Positions 43,600 to 54,684 of a DNA stretch of 64,000 nucleotides are shown here, piece after piece. The first letter of the stretch is position 1; each line of letters begins with the position of its first letter. The translations under genes were made by a program, and so were the position numbers. Source of the stretch: Histomonas meleagridis 2922-C6/04-290x (Eukaryota; Protista; Parabasalia); NCBI GenBank assembly GCA_020184695.1, contig JAANOX010000233.1:192334-256333 (forward strand), in the 5' to 3' direction. The notes below the pieces were generated by a model. The model saw nothing but the letters and a program-made list of their open reading frames with translations. It searched no databases and had not been told where the DNA came from.

Positions 43600-44720
43600 G
43601 CAGATTCAGAACATGAAAATTATTTTAATATCAAATCTAGTCAACAATATAGATTTTCATAAAAATTATTTCGAATATGGAAAAATAAAACATCAAATTT
43701 TGATAATGAATATACTTATAATTGCTTTCTTAAATAATTGCATTTTTTTCAAGCATAATCCTAATGAATTATTCTGTGTTCATAAATCTTGTCTCACGTA
43801 ATCTACTGGATATCATCGATACAACAATTTTTGATAAATACTTTGTCTGTCAGTTGTGATTAATTTTCAATAATAAATATATTTTTATGATGAGAAATAC
43901 GATTTTTTATCCATAAAACATGTTAAGTTATAAATATAAATTCAATTTATTTTAAGCTTTGAACTGTTACACATAAAGCTACAACAAACTCAGTCGATAT
44001 TTGTATTTATAACCGTTAATTATATCAAAATACTGACGATTTCTGTCTGTTCTTTTTTAGCTGGAATATTATATAAGAAATTCAATAGTTTATATATAAA
44101 ATATTGTAATATTGACTGATGGAATTTCAGTATATCAATTGTTGAATTACATTTGGCGCCATTATATGAACCTTAATTTTTTATTATCATTCCTCAATCC
44201 AAAAGAACAAATCAAAAAGCAAATTATAAATAATAGATCTATTATGTTCACTTTGATGATATTTTGGAAGCTCATTTAAGAAGCCTAGTGGGGAGTCAAC
44301 TATAACATTTTACGATATTGTATCGTGTTCCAATATAGCATTTTCCATCACTGCTGATTATTGTTTTTAATCTGTGAATCCATTCATCAAAAACAGACAT
44401 TAATTCGTCATGATCAATATTCTTTATATAATTTGTGTTATAGTCACACAAAAAAACAGGTTTTTTTTTTCGAACACATAACCATCAATACTATTTTTCA
44501 ATTTTCCTGGTATTGCATGTTATCGACATTGCATTAATTAAAATAAACCAAAAGAAACAATTATTTCTCTATTAAAAACATGACGAAAATCGTAAATTAT
44601 TTAAAATGATATTGAATTAGAATATTTTCTCAAAAAACGAATTGAAAGTAAATTTTTGAATGCAAATTACACCTTATTCAAATACTCCATAATGATTAAA
44701 TGGGGCCTCCATCTTTCGAA
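43600..44720 (+). pseudogene. Degraded DUF3447-like relic interrupted by a mariner fragment
   Basis: Broken FGAII and HDENRKLFKM motifs; homologous to 29100-29250 in the opposite orientation. Confidence 0.3.
44286..44500 (-). mobile_element. mariner-like transposase C-terminal fragment with possible right terminus
   Basis: Minus strand reads KNIDHDELMSVFDEWIHRLKTIISSDGKCY, typical of a mariner C-terminus; TA-GTGGGGAGTCAA near 44286. Confidence 0.55.
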
Positions 44721-44759
44721 AAGGTAGTATCCAAATTTCCCACGGTTGTAGGATAGTAC

Positions 44760-47432
44760 CGAAGAAATATTTGAATTAGATATTAAAATACATTATTTTG
44801 AAAAAGATGAGGAAGGCAAAGATGTTATATCAGAAGAAACAGTAGAATATAATTGTCAAAACTCTATCAATCATAACAAACAAAAAATTGAAGAATTGCA
44901 AAGGTTGCCATTTGCAGATTCTAGATAAAATTATTCCTTTTATATATTTGAGATATTTAATTCAATAACTACCGATTGGAGAATTGCTTTATTTAATATT
45001 AATTGTTTTATCAAAGAGTATACTTATGGTGACAAAAATTATTTACTTTTGTTATATAAAGATTGGTTCAGTTATTATTTTTATCATATGAAAGATATTC
45101 CAGAAATTAAAGAAATATTATGGGCTGATAAAATTGGATATTTTCCTGAATAAGAAGAAGATATTCCAGATAATTGATTCACCTTTTTCTTGAAGAAGAA
45201 AATTTATTAATACATATACTTAAAATATTTTTATTTTTATATAATAAATTAGTTCTTACTGCAGCAACCTCTATTAAAATGAAAATATTTAAAATTGATA
45301 AAGATCTATATTTTGATTCGAATAATAATAAAATACAAATCCAGCAAAATATAAAAATGCTCAAAATAATTATTAATTGAGATAAATATATTAAAATATT
45401 ATATAATACAGATTATGTAATATATAACAAAAATGATATAAAATTATAATATTACGAAAATATTACCCAATACAATTTATGATCAATATTTAGATAGTAT
45501 TAGAGAATTTAATCCAGAATTATTAGACAGTTATAATGAAATGATTTTCGAAATTAACATTGAAAATTCATTTAAAAATAATCAAGAATATTAAAAAAGT
45601 AATGATTTTAATACATGGGTTTCAAAAGATACTACAGATCATTTAAAACTAATATTCAATGCTAATTATATGGTTTGGTCAAATGCAATTTTTTTTATAA
45701 ATTTCTATGAGAATTTTACAGAAGAAGATAAAAATAAAATAATTATGTTATATCAATATTGGATTGAATTTTTTACTGATGAATTAAATTCACCATTAAA
45801 AATTCATAATATTCATATTTCAAATAATATAAAAACGATATTTTATAATTCATTAAATATATTTTTAATTATTAGACATATATTTAATTCATATAATGGT
45901 TCATAAGCAAAATATTTGTAATAAAATATTTTTAATATATAAGGATAACGATCCTAATCATACATATGGCGGAAGAATAATTGATACTTGGGGAAATAAC
46001 CCTAATTTAATAGTAAGTTTATTCATAGAAGAAAGAGGAGGGGTTAAATTAGGAGAGGAGGAAAAAGATCAACAAGGTAGTGTATTCGGTTAATATTCTG
46101 CATTAGTAGATTTAGGCGATATTGATTCTTTTACACGTGTCTCTGAAGTACACACTCCTCCTCCACAACCACCAAAAAAATATGAAGACACCGAAACTCA
46201 AATAGACTTTCCACAACGTTATACCGATATTGGTATAGATCCTCTTCCACAACGTTATAACGACGTGGGTGTTGACCCTGAAACGAGTGTACAACTAGAA
46301 CCACCTAGAGCGATATATGCGCAACAGCCTACATTAAAACAAAGAAGAATATTACAACAATCACAACCTGTTGTAAATGAGTCTGAAGATATACCTCCCC
46401 CAGAATCTATACCACCACGACCGCCACATCTACCACCCCCGATTATACTAATATTATAGAATTCGAGGGGTCAGATGAAGATAATGCATGGATACCTTAT
46501 AGGATCCATTTAGAGGGGTTTGGTATAGAAAGAGCACAAAATGTAGCTCAAAATGGGGCACAATTCTTCCCTTATTTAGTTTCAGAAAATATTCCGCATG
46601 TTATTAAGGAATATTTACGAAGATTACAAATCTTTGATTCACTATTAAATGATGAAAATAAACAAAGGGAAGAATTAAATGACTGTTGTTTCATATATGC
46701 ATTAAAACAGTCAGGTATCCCAGATGAAGTACTTGATAAAATCCGTTGTAGGATTTTAGTTATATATCAAGTTGCTTCTAAACTTGATTTTGTTTGTAAA
46801 GAGCATTCAATTTATGCCCAAATCCACAAAGTTTATAAATCCATCGATGAAGATGGTAAAATTAGAATTAGACCTATTTTTTATCAAAAACAAGAACAAA
46901 CATTTAATTGAGTAGGGTGCACCTATATTTATTCGAAGAACATAACTTTATCAAATAAGTTACACCATTTACAAATCTTATTCAAATATTATTTTTTAGA
47001 TTATAACCCAGGTACTTGTGTCAGAAGATTTATAAGTAAAAAGAAAAAAGAACGTCCAATTATTACTAATTTAATTTATTTATGCAGATTTTGAAACAGA
47101 TATTACTGGCGATATTCATCAACCTTATTTATGTATAGTTCAAAAATATGATGCCATGGGATGAAGATAAATATGTAGAATTCTTTACGAATATCAATAA
47201 CATCCCTAATTGTCGCATAGATGTAGCCACTTTTAACATGTGGGAATATGCGATATTTTATTGTCGTCAAGACGTTACTATATTACGGGAAGGGTTTAAT
47301 AGATTCTGCATTGGTTGTCAAGAATCATTTAATATTTCACCTTTTAATTATTTATCTATTTCTTCATTAGTCAATGCTGTATTTATAAACAAAGTTTACG
47401 CAGTTAATCGAAATTTATTTCAAGGGTAGGTA
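44760..47432 (+). mobile_element. Maverick relic: deleted, frameshifted copy of the pPolB locus, inverted relative to 54685-60679
   Basis: YTYGDKNYLLLLYKDWF, LYQYWIEFFTD, AQNGAQFFPYLVS, LNDCCFIYALKQSG and WEYAIFYCRQDV all match the minus-strand pPolB locus in the same order. Confidence 0.85.
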
Positions 47433-47490
47433 TATAATGCGGTCGGGACTGATCACAAGCACCCTATTTTAAGTTTTCACTGGGGAGATC

Positions 47491-47594
47491 GGAGGGGTCT
47501 TCGGCCTCCGGTGATGCCCTTCGGACCCCTCAGACCCCTCCAATCCCCCGAGTGTGCTCGTCCTGCTCGCTACAAAAATCAATATGATTTTTGT
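47491..47594. other. GC-rich multi-hairpin segment at the left boundary of the Maverick
   Basis: GGAGGGGTC (47491) pairs with GACCCCTCC (47533); two C-TTCG-G loops; ACAAAAATC/GATTTTTGT inverted repeat at 47572-47594. Confidence 0.6.
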
Positions 47595-47870
47595 GAGCTA
47601 TACAATTCGTCCGATAATTTGAATGAGCATTCAATTTTGAGAGAACGGGGAACTTTTTGAGAGGAACGATAGCACTTTTAGCATCACTTTTAACATAAGC
47701 CTATCAAAAATATCGTATAACCAACACGAATTGTTTTCCGGTCATGTTTGGTCGGTCATTTATCCTATTCAATTAATCTATGGCCGGACAAATATCTTGT
47801 TTGGTCGGAGGTTAAGTAGTCAAAAAGCGACGGTTATTTTTTGGTCGCATGTCAAACTTTATTTTTATAA

Positions 47871-48212
47871 ATGCTTAAACCTGTGACTAAAACGTATTTT
47901 TGTACATCGCAAAAAGAAAACCGTTTTCCGCCTGAATTTGTGGATTCTCAAAATCGGAGATATATAGTAGTACAACAATGTAAGTGTAAATTTAAGGAAT
48001 ATATAGTATCTGATGTTTCAATGCATGCTGATTTTATTGAACGTGACCATTATGAAGATTATTTTTGTATTTATACAAATGAAAATAGAACTAAATATAA
48101 GAAATATGAATATAAAAGTAGGAAACCAAATTTTAAAATATGGTTTAAAGAAATGAATGGTAAAGAAATTGAACCAGAATATTTTATGTTAGAATTATTA
48201 TTAATTTATTAA
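47871..48212 (+). CDS. Maverick ORF, candidate minimal minor capsid (penton-like single jelly roll)
   Basis: Intact 113-aa beta-rich ORF. C-terminus FKIWFKEMNGKEIEPEYFMLELLLIY resembles polinton penton ends (pattern recall only). Confidence 0.4.
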   Translation: MLKPVTKTYFCTSQKENRFPPEFVDSQNRRYIVVQQCKCKFKEYIVSDVSMHADFIERDHYEDYFCIYTNENRTKYKKYEYKSRKPNFKIWFKEMNGKEIEPEYFMLELLLIY

Positions 48213-48232
48213 ATAAAAATCATTTTTTATCA

Positions 48233-50246
48233 ATGTTTAGTATTGAGAATGCGACGAAAGGAATAAAAACCAATGTTGTTGCTGCTCCTGAAATAATTGA
48301 TAAAGATGATCTAGAAGAAGTTTTAGAAAATTATTCTACAAATGACCAAATAACAGAAAAACTTAATACTATAACTTCGATTACATTACCTCAATTATAT
48401 TATAACAAATCACAATCAGATGAAAAATATTCTACAAAAAGTCATACTCATAATACAATAAATAATGATTTAACAGTAAATGGGAATGTACAAGTTACTT
48501 CATTAAATGGTTTTCAATTGTCAACAGCAGAAGGTGGTAAATGGGATACAAAATTAAATGTACCATCTATTTATTACATTAAAAGATGACGGTGTTGTAG
48601 AAGTTGGTCAATATATTGATATGCATAATAATGCAGATTATGATAAAGATAATACATGGAGAATAACTGCTAATACTAATTCATTAGATTTTAAATCAAA
48701 AACTGGTTCATTATTAAGTTTTGGAAGTAATGGAAATATTCAATGTGCAACTATTAATAATGTAGATATAACTAAAATATCTTCAAATGATCATAATCAT
48801 GATGAGATTTATGCTAAAAAAGATCATGAACATACAAACTATGCTTCAACAGAACATACTCATAGCTATAACGATTTAAATGATAAAACCTGAAACATTT
48901 CCACCTTCAGATCATACACATAGTTATAATGATTTAACAGATATTCCTCCAGTAGAAGCACACATGCATAGTTGAGGGTGATTTATATGGCATACCTGAT
49001 GCATTTGTTCCTGTAGAACATTATCATGATACTAGATATGCATTGATTGATCATACACATCCTGAGTATGCTTTCAAAAGATCATAATCATGATACAAAA
49101 ATATGCTGCATCAAATCATACACATAGTTATAATGATTTAACAGATATTCCTATAGGTTCAAATACAGAAGATATCCATTGTTCAACAATTAATGGTTTT
49201 TGCTTTAAATGCATCGCCTTCAGATTCAAATTTAAAGATTAGTGTTCCTTCAATTGCAGTTATTAAAAAAACGATGGTGTTTTTAGAAACAGGTCCTTAT
49301 ATAGATATGCATACTAGTGATGGATATGAAAATGATTATAGTTTTAGAATACAATGTAAAGGGAATGTTATGGAATTTATACCAACACTAAAAGGTTGCA
49401 ATGGTTTTTATTACTCAGCAGCTTTTGATTCATTAGGTTGTACTAACTTAAATTGCTCTAAAATTATGTACTCTGTAACAACTAATGGTATTGATAATAT
49501 AGGAAATATAAAATCCAAAACTGGTCAATTCGATAGTTTAAGCATCTACTAAATCAACTCTATCTCACAGTATAATTGAAGAATCAGGTAATACATATCA
49601 ATTATTATGGAGAATTTATGGATGTACACCTACTGAAGATAAAAAATATGGAAGATTATATTTTGAATCTGTAACACAAAAGAAACAAGATAATGGTACA
49701 TTTTCTGATATATATAGTGCAATATATTATATTGCAACTACATTTAATACATTCGAAGGAACTGGAGGTCTTGAACAAATAAATACAACTATTATCCATA
49801 ATGCTCCTGTTTCAGAAGACTTAATACAATTTCAAATTGGTTCACCAGTATTTTTAACAGGTAATGTTTTATCATTAAAAGAAAATGGTATATATACCTC
49901 AAATACATCTACAACAGATTGTATACCATCAGTTAAAACATCAGGTACATATAAAGAATATTTAATTATATGTGTATCTAAAAATGAAAAAGGTTACAAA
50001 GCATCAATAGGTGTTTTAATTAAAAGAGAAGTAGAAATTTTACAAGATACTATTGATTTTGCAACACATGGAGATTTTTATTTTAGAGTAAATAATACCG
50101 CAGATTATGAAATTGGTGATGTAGTATTATTTGATGGTAATAAATTATCAGATGATTTAGTAATAACGACTAAAATATTAAATTCAATAGTTGGTAAAGT
50201 AACAGGTAAAATAGATGAACATTTATTAAGTGTATTTAAAGAATAA
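48233..50246 (+). pseudogene. Fibre/spike-like virion protein with phage tail-repeat motifs, multiply frameshifted
   Basis: HTHSYNDL[T/N]D[I/K]P repeats (38-bp direct repeat at 48911-48948 and 49115-49152). Duplicated module VPSI...DDGV.E.G.YIDMH....DY...RI. Confidence 0.55.
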
Positions 50247-50275
50247 AAATATTTTATTTCATTTTATTTTTTTAT

Positions 50276-51892
50276 ATGAATTCAATCTATAAAAGAAGAA
50301 GAGAAATACAAAAATCATTCGAAACATTAGTTAAAAATGAATTAAATAATCAAAATTCACAATTAAAAGGTAATTTGAGTCTTCAAAATTTTATTAATTT
50401 TTTGAATGAAAAATATAATAGGGAGTTTAATTTTACACCTGAATTTAATACTGGTACAAAGCCATTAGTTGAAACATACAACAATTTAGTTAATTATTAT
50501 ATAGATGTGAGCTTAGAAAGAACAACAGATGATCAATTTAAAAATAAACAATTTGACGATTATAAGCAATTTGAATATAATTTTATTAAACTTTTTATCA
50601 AAACTGAAAAAATTACACCTATTAATGGAAAAATTGGAAGAAAAACAATTCCAGAGCATTATGAATATTATATTAGAACGATTGTCAAAAAATTGAATAA
50701 GATGTTTGCACGCAAAGTTTTTGAAGCTAAAAAAAAGCCTCTCAAATCTAATAAATATTGTGAAGAATTAAGGAAATATTTATATGATATTGAAATAATT
50801 GATAATAAAATTGGGAACGTATTTACATTCGATTCTGCTTATAGTAATTATTTGTTACAATATTTTAGTAAATTTCCTTATGACAATACATATAAATATT
50901 ATAATATTTATGAAGATTCTAAGAATTCACCTTATATTAACACAGGTTTTAAATCTCGTTCGAAAAACAAATATTTATTTGATAACTATTTACTACCATA
51001 TCATATTGATTATACAAAATTAGATTCACAATTTAAACCTAATATAAATTATTTTCCTTATAAAAGAAATAAAAAATATCAATTAAAATATATTGGTAAT
51101 AATGGTGAATATCAAATGGATTTATTTTTTTCTGGTTATGATGAAACCACTAAAACAGAAACAAAATATTGTTATTTATTAGCAGTTGAAATTAGGTCTA
51201 GATTTTTATTTTATGCCTATACTAATACAAAAATAAATGATAAAATAACTACAAAGAAATCAATAGAATCTATAGCTAAAGCTTTATTTATATTATATAA
51301 TGCAGGATTTAATCCTAAAATTATACATTGTGATTCTGAAAAATCATTTTTATCGAAACCTTTACAATATATAGTAGCACATTTATCTGGTGTAAAAATA
51401 ATTCCAGTAAAAAGAATAATTTTAGAAGATAAATCTTATCCTATTCATACTTCTTTAGCTATAATAAATAGAATTTGTAGAACTATTAGAGATATGGCTG
51501 ATAATATGGGTTTAAAAGAAATAGATCCATATCATATGAAGAAAATTGTTGGTAATTATAATAATACTTATCATAAAAAATTAAGTCAATTAAATCACAA
51601 AAATTTCACCAATAGAAGCTTTTTAATCAAGGAAAATCTTTTTGGTTTAGAGTTACATAAATTAAATGATAAAATTATAAATCAAGAAGGAGTTTATTTA
51701 CCTCCTGGTACAACAGTAACAGATTATAACACAGATCAACTAAAAAAGAGATCAAAAATAAAATCAGATATTTTTATAGTAGATAATTTCGAAAAAGGTA
51801 AATATAATATTCATAATGAAAAAGGAATAAAAATGTCAGTACCAAGATATTTATTAAATCCTGTGCCTTATCCTATTAATTTTAATAAATAA
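50276..51892 (+). CDS. Maverick retroviral-like (rve) integrase
   Basis: Intact 538-aa ORF with YQMDLFF...LLAVEIRSRF...IIHCDSEKSF...HTSLAIINRICRTIRD. Confidence 0.85.
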   Translation: MNSIYKRRREIQKSFETLVKNELNNQNSQLKGNLSLQNFINFLNEKYNREFNFTPEFNTGTKPLVETYNNLVNYYIDVSLERTTDDQFKNKQFDDYKQFEYNFIKLFIKTEKITPINGKIGRKTIPEHYEYYIRTIVKKLNKMFARKVFEAKKKPLKSNKYCEELRKYLYDIEIIDNKIGNVFTFDSAYSNYLLQYFSKFPYDNTYKYYNIYEDSKNSPYINTGFKSRSKNKYLFDNYLLPYHIDYTKLDSQFKPNINYFPYKRNKKYQLKYIGNNGEYQMDLFFSGYDETTKTETKYCYLLAVEIRSRFLFYAYTNTKINDKITTKKSIESIAKALFILYNAGFNPKIIHCDSEKSFLSKPLQYIVAHLSGVKIIPVKRIILEDKSYPIHTSLAIINRICRTIRDMADNMGLKEIDPYHMKKIVGNYNNTYHKKLSQLNHKNFTNRSFLIKENLFGLELHKLNDKIINQEGVYLPPGTTVTDYNTDQLKKRSKIKSDIFIVDNFEKGKYNIHNEKGIKMSVPRYLLNPVPYPINFNK

Positions 51893-52403
51893 ATACTTTT
51901 TCTAATGAGATATTAAATTCATCCATTAATGTGTTATATTCTTTATTATATTGAAAATTAAAATCATATCCATTAATCTTAATTGAATTAACTTTTTTAA
52001 TTGGATTTACATGTTTTAAACATCCAGGTTCAGGATCTTCATAACTTAATCTAACTTGATTAAAATCAATTTCTAAAATTAAACTTATAGCTTGTATTAA
52101 ATCATTAGCATTAATAATAATTTTTCCACTATTATCAATTAAATTTGCTATTAATTTCATATTATTTGTTTTTAATATTGCACTAAATGTTAAAGCTATA
52201 TGTTTATATAAAGCACTAGCATTATCAGTATTAAGTTCAGTTTCTCTTGTAATTATTTTTGATGTTTCTTCATTAACTTCAGGATAATGTGCTGGTGTTT
52301 CACTATTGTTATTATTAATAATAACTTTACAATTAGCACTAGAACTATTATGTTCAGTATTATTCTTCCCTACATGAGGTGAGAAATCACTTATTTTAAT
52401 CAT
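51882..52403 (-). CDS. Maverick hypothetical protein, 173 aa
   Basis: Intact ATG ORF convergent with the integrase. Confidence 0.6.
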   Translation of the reverse strand: MIKISDFSPHVGKNNTEHNSSSANCKVIINNNNSETPAHYPEVNEETSKIITRETELNTDNASALYKHIALTFSAILKTNNMKLIANLIDNSGKIIINANDLIQAISLILEIDFNQVRLSYEDPEPGCLKHVNPIKKVNSIKINGYDFNFQYNKEYNTLMDEFNISLEKVFIY

Positions 52404-52491
52404 AAAAAAATAATGATTTTAATTTTTTATTTAATTATTCACTCCGTATCCAGTAACTTTTTGTATATAAGCACTGATAGCATCTTTGATT

Positions 52492-52845
52492 TCATTTTTG
52501 TTCACCATTCTTATCTTCTATCATTTCAGTAACAGCTTTTTTACAAGCACTAGTATAATAATTTTCACCAGTTTCTTCCATAATAAACTTTTTAGCTTCA
52601 TCAAATTTATCATGTAATTTATAAGGTTCTAATAATTCATTAACTCTAGGAATAACAAAATTTCTATACATTACGGCTGACACTGTAAGTATAGGACACA
52701 ATGACTTTGCTCTTTTAGTATTTGCTACACCTCTAATTTGTTCCATATTTGTCATAAGTTGATGATAAAGTGGCTTAATAACCGAACTAGTAAATACTTG
52801 ATTTGCTGTTCTCCTTCTTGGTTTATGTGTTTTATAAATATTCAT
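52492..52845 (-). CDS. Maverick hypothetical protein, 117 aa
   Basis: Intact ATG ORF in the minus-strand gene run. Confidence 0.5.
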   Translation of the reverse strand: MNIYKTHKPRRRTANQVFTSSVIKPLYHQLMTNMEQIRGVANTKRAKSLCPILTVSAVMYRNFVIPRVNELLEPYKLHDKFDEAKKFIMEETGENYYTSACKKAVTEMIEDKNGEQK

Positions 52846-52869
52846 AACACCTGTATCACCATAATATTT

Positions 52870-53539
52870 CTTATTTATCTCATTAACCTTTTGTATAAAT
52901 GGTATATAATCCTCATATGGAGTAACTGTTGGATCATCAAATGGTTTCTTATTATTAAATTCAACCTTTCTAACTTTATTTTGTAAGAAATCTTGAAAAG
53001 TTGGAACATATTCATTGTTAGCTCTCCTTTCTCTCCTTTTAGCAGGTGAGCCATATGTATTTTGTAAATGACTGATATATTCTCTTTCATAAGGATCTTG
53101 TGTTTTAACTGTCCAACCATTAACGATTTTAGCTCTCCTATGTTGATCTCTAACTATAATATCTGGAATTCCATCGTTATTAATATCTTGTTCTATAGCT
53201 GCCCAATGATATTTTTTTTTTTACCCTTATTATGTTTTGCAACTAATTCTTCAGCACCTTTCAGAGTTTGTGCTTCTCTAACTTTTTTACATCTTTTTTT
53301 AAATCAAGAATAAGATGAGCTGAAGTTTCCATATTTGGATCTAATAATACTCGATTTCCACCAACATATTTATAATTTTTAGGATTATCCTCAAAATGAT
53401 ACATTTCACCATCAGGTGTTATTAAAGGTTTACGTTCTTGTTTAACAGGCATATGATAACGTGGTGGTAAATTATCAGGATTTCTTTTAGTAGCGTAATT
53501 TCTTTCAGGTAAGTCAGTTGCAAGTATTGTTTCTGACAT
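52870..53539 (-). pseudogene. Frameshifted Maverick ORF with a DxNxDG-type Ca-binding loop
   Basis: ATG at 53539; broken frames include WAAIEQDINNDGIPDII...VNGW. Confidence 0.45.
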
Positions 53540-53571
53540 AAAAAAAAATGATTATTCTAAAATATTTTTTT

Positions 53572-54199
53572 TTATTCAATTTTTATATTTTGATTATTAA
53601 CATCAACAATCATTTTTTGATGACCAGTTAATTTTTGATAAACTGAATAAATTTGATCTTTAGTATAAGGTAATGGTATTTGTTCAATCATATATCTTAA
53701 TTGTTGTTTAGAGAAATTAGGAAATATAAATATAGTACTTACATTAGCTTTAACTTCAGCAGGTAAAGATTTCCAAAATTGAACAGCGAAAAATACAGAA
53801 CATTGAATATGAGCTAATTTAGTAAATAATTGATTAAAATAACTAGTAGGTTTTATAAATTCAGGACTATTAGCACAATCTTCAAAAAATATTATAGTAT
53901 GTAAAGTTAAATTATTAAAATTATTAATATATAATTTTTGAAATAATTCAGATATTTGATTATCTACTATTTTATTTTCCCAATGATTATTTTTAATTTC
54001 ATATTTTAATAATTTCTCTAATTATACATTGAGTTTTCCCACTTCTTTGTCTACCTACTGCTATATTTAAAGAATTATAAGGTACATTCACTTCTGGATG
54101 AATTTCACTTATTAATTCTTCATTTAATTTAGGTTTATTTTTATATAAACAATAATCAATCATATTATCTATAGCATCAATATTAATATCGTTTTCCAT
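53572..54199 (-). pseudogene. A32/FtsK-like DNA-packaging ATPase, frameshifted
   Basis: Walker A GRQRSGKT; after a shift, Walker B IIFFEDC and KLAHIQCSVFFAVQ. Confidence 0.85.
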
Positions 54200-54238
54200 A
54201 AAATAAAATAATTTTATAAAATCAATTCATTATTATTA

Positions 54239-54637
54239 ATGGAATCTCTTTATACATGCTTTGCACAAGAATTTAAAGATTGTGATTTTAGTGCTATAAA
54301 TATTAAACCTTCGTCTTCTATTGTAAAAAATAAAAATGTAATAACTTTAACTATAACTGTATATAATAAATATCATAATTTATTAAGAAAACAAATTTAT
54401 AAATTTATAGATGAAAAATATCATCCTACTATAAAGAATCCTTTACAAAATATAACACCTGAACAATTAGATCAAGCTTATCAAATATCTAAAATGGAAT
54501 TGTTAAATCAAATATTTAATAATGATTTAAATAAATATAATGCTTACTTAGGTAAATTAAATGTATTGCAACAATACGCTAATACATTAACTCAACAAAC
54601 TCAAGAAGAAAACACTCAAAATGAAAATAATTATTAA
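54239..54637 (+). CDS. Maverick hypothetical protein, 132 aa
   Basis: Intact ATG ORF between the ATPase and pPolB. Confidence 0.55.
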   Translation: MESLYTCFAQEFKDCDFSAINIKPSSSIVKNKNVITLTITVYNKYHNLLRKQIYKFIDEKYHPTIKNPLQNITPEQLDQAYQISKMELLNQIFNNDLNKYNAYLGKLNVLQQYANTLTQQTQEENTQNENNY

Positions 54638-54684
54638 TAAAAAAAAAATTGGTTAAGTCATTTTTTATTAATGACTGAGGTCCT

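Noticed and set aside
46912-46926. TAGGGTGCACCTA as a possible mariner excision footprint
   Set aside because: Alignment to the 57.0 kb pPolB copy shows it is a deletion junction joining ...VG to VHLYLF.
47420-47445. Canonical Maverick AG-repeat terminus with 6-bp TSD
   Set aside because: No AGT/AG-repeat terminus is visible and the partner end is not in the window.
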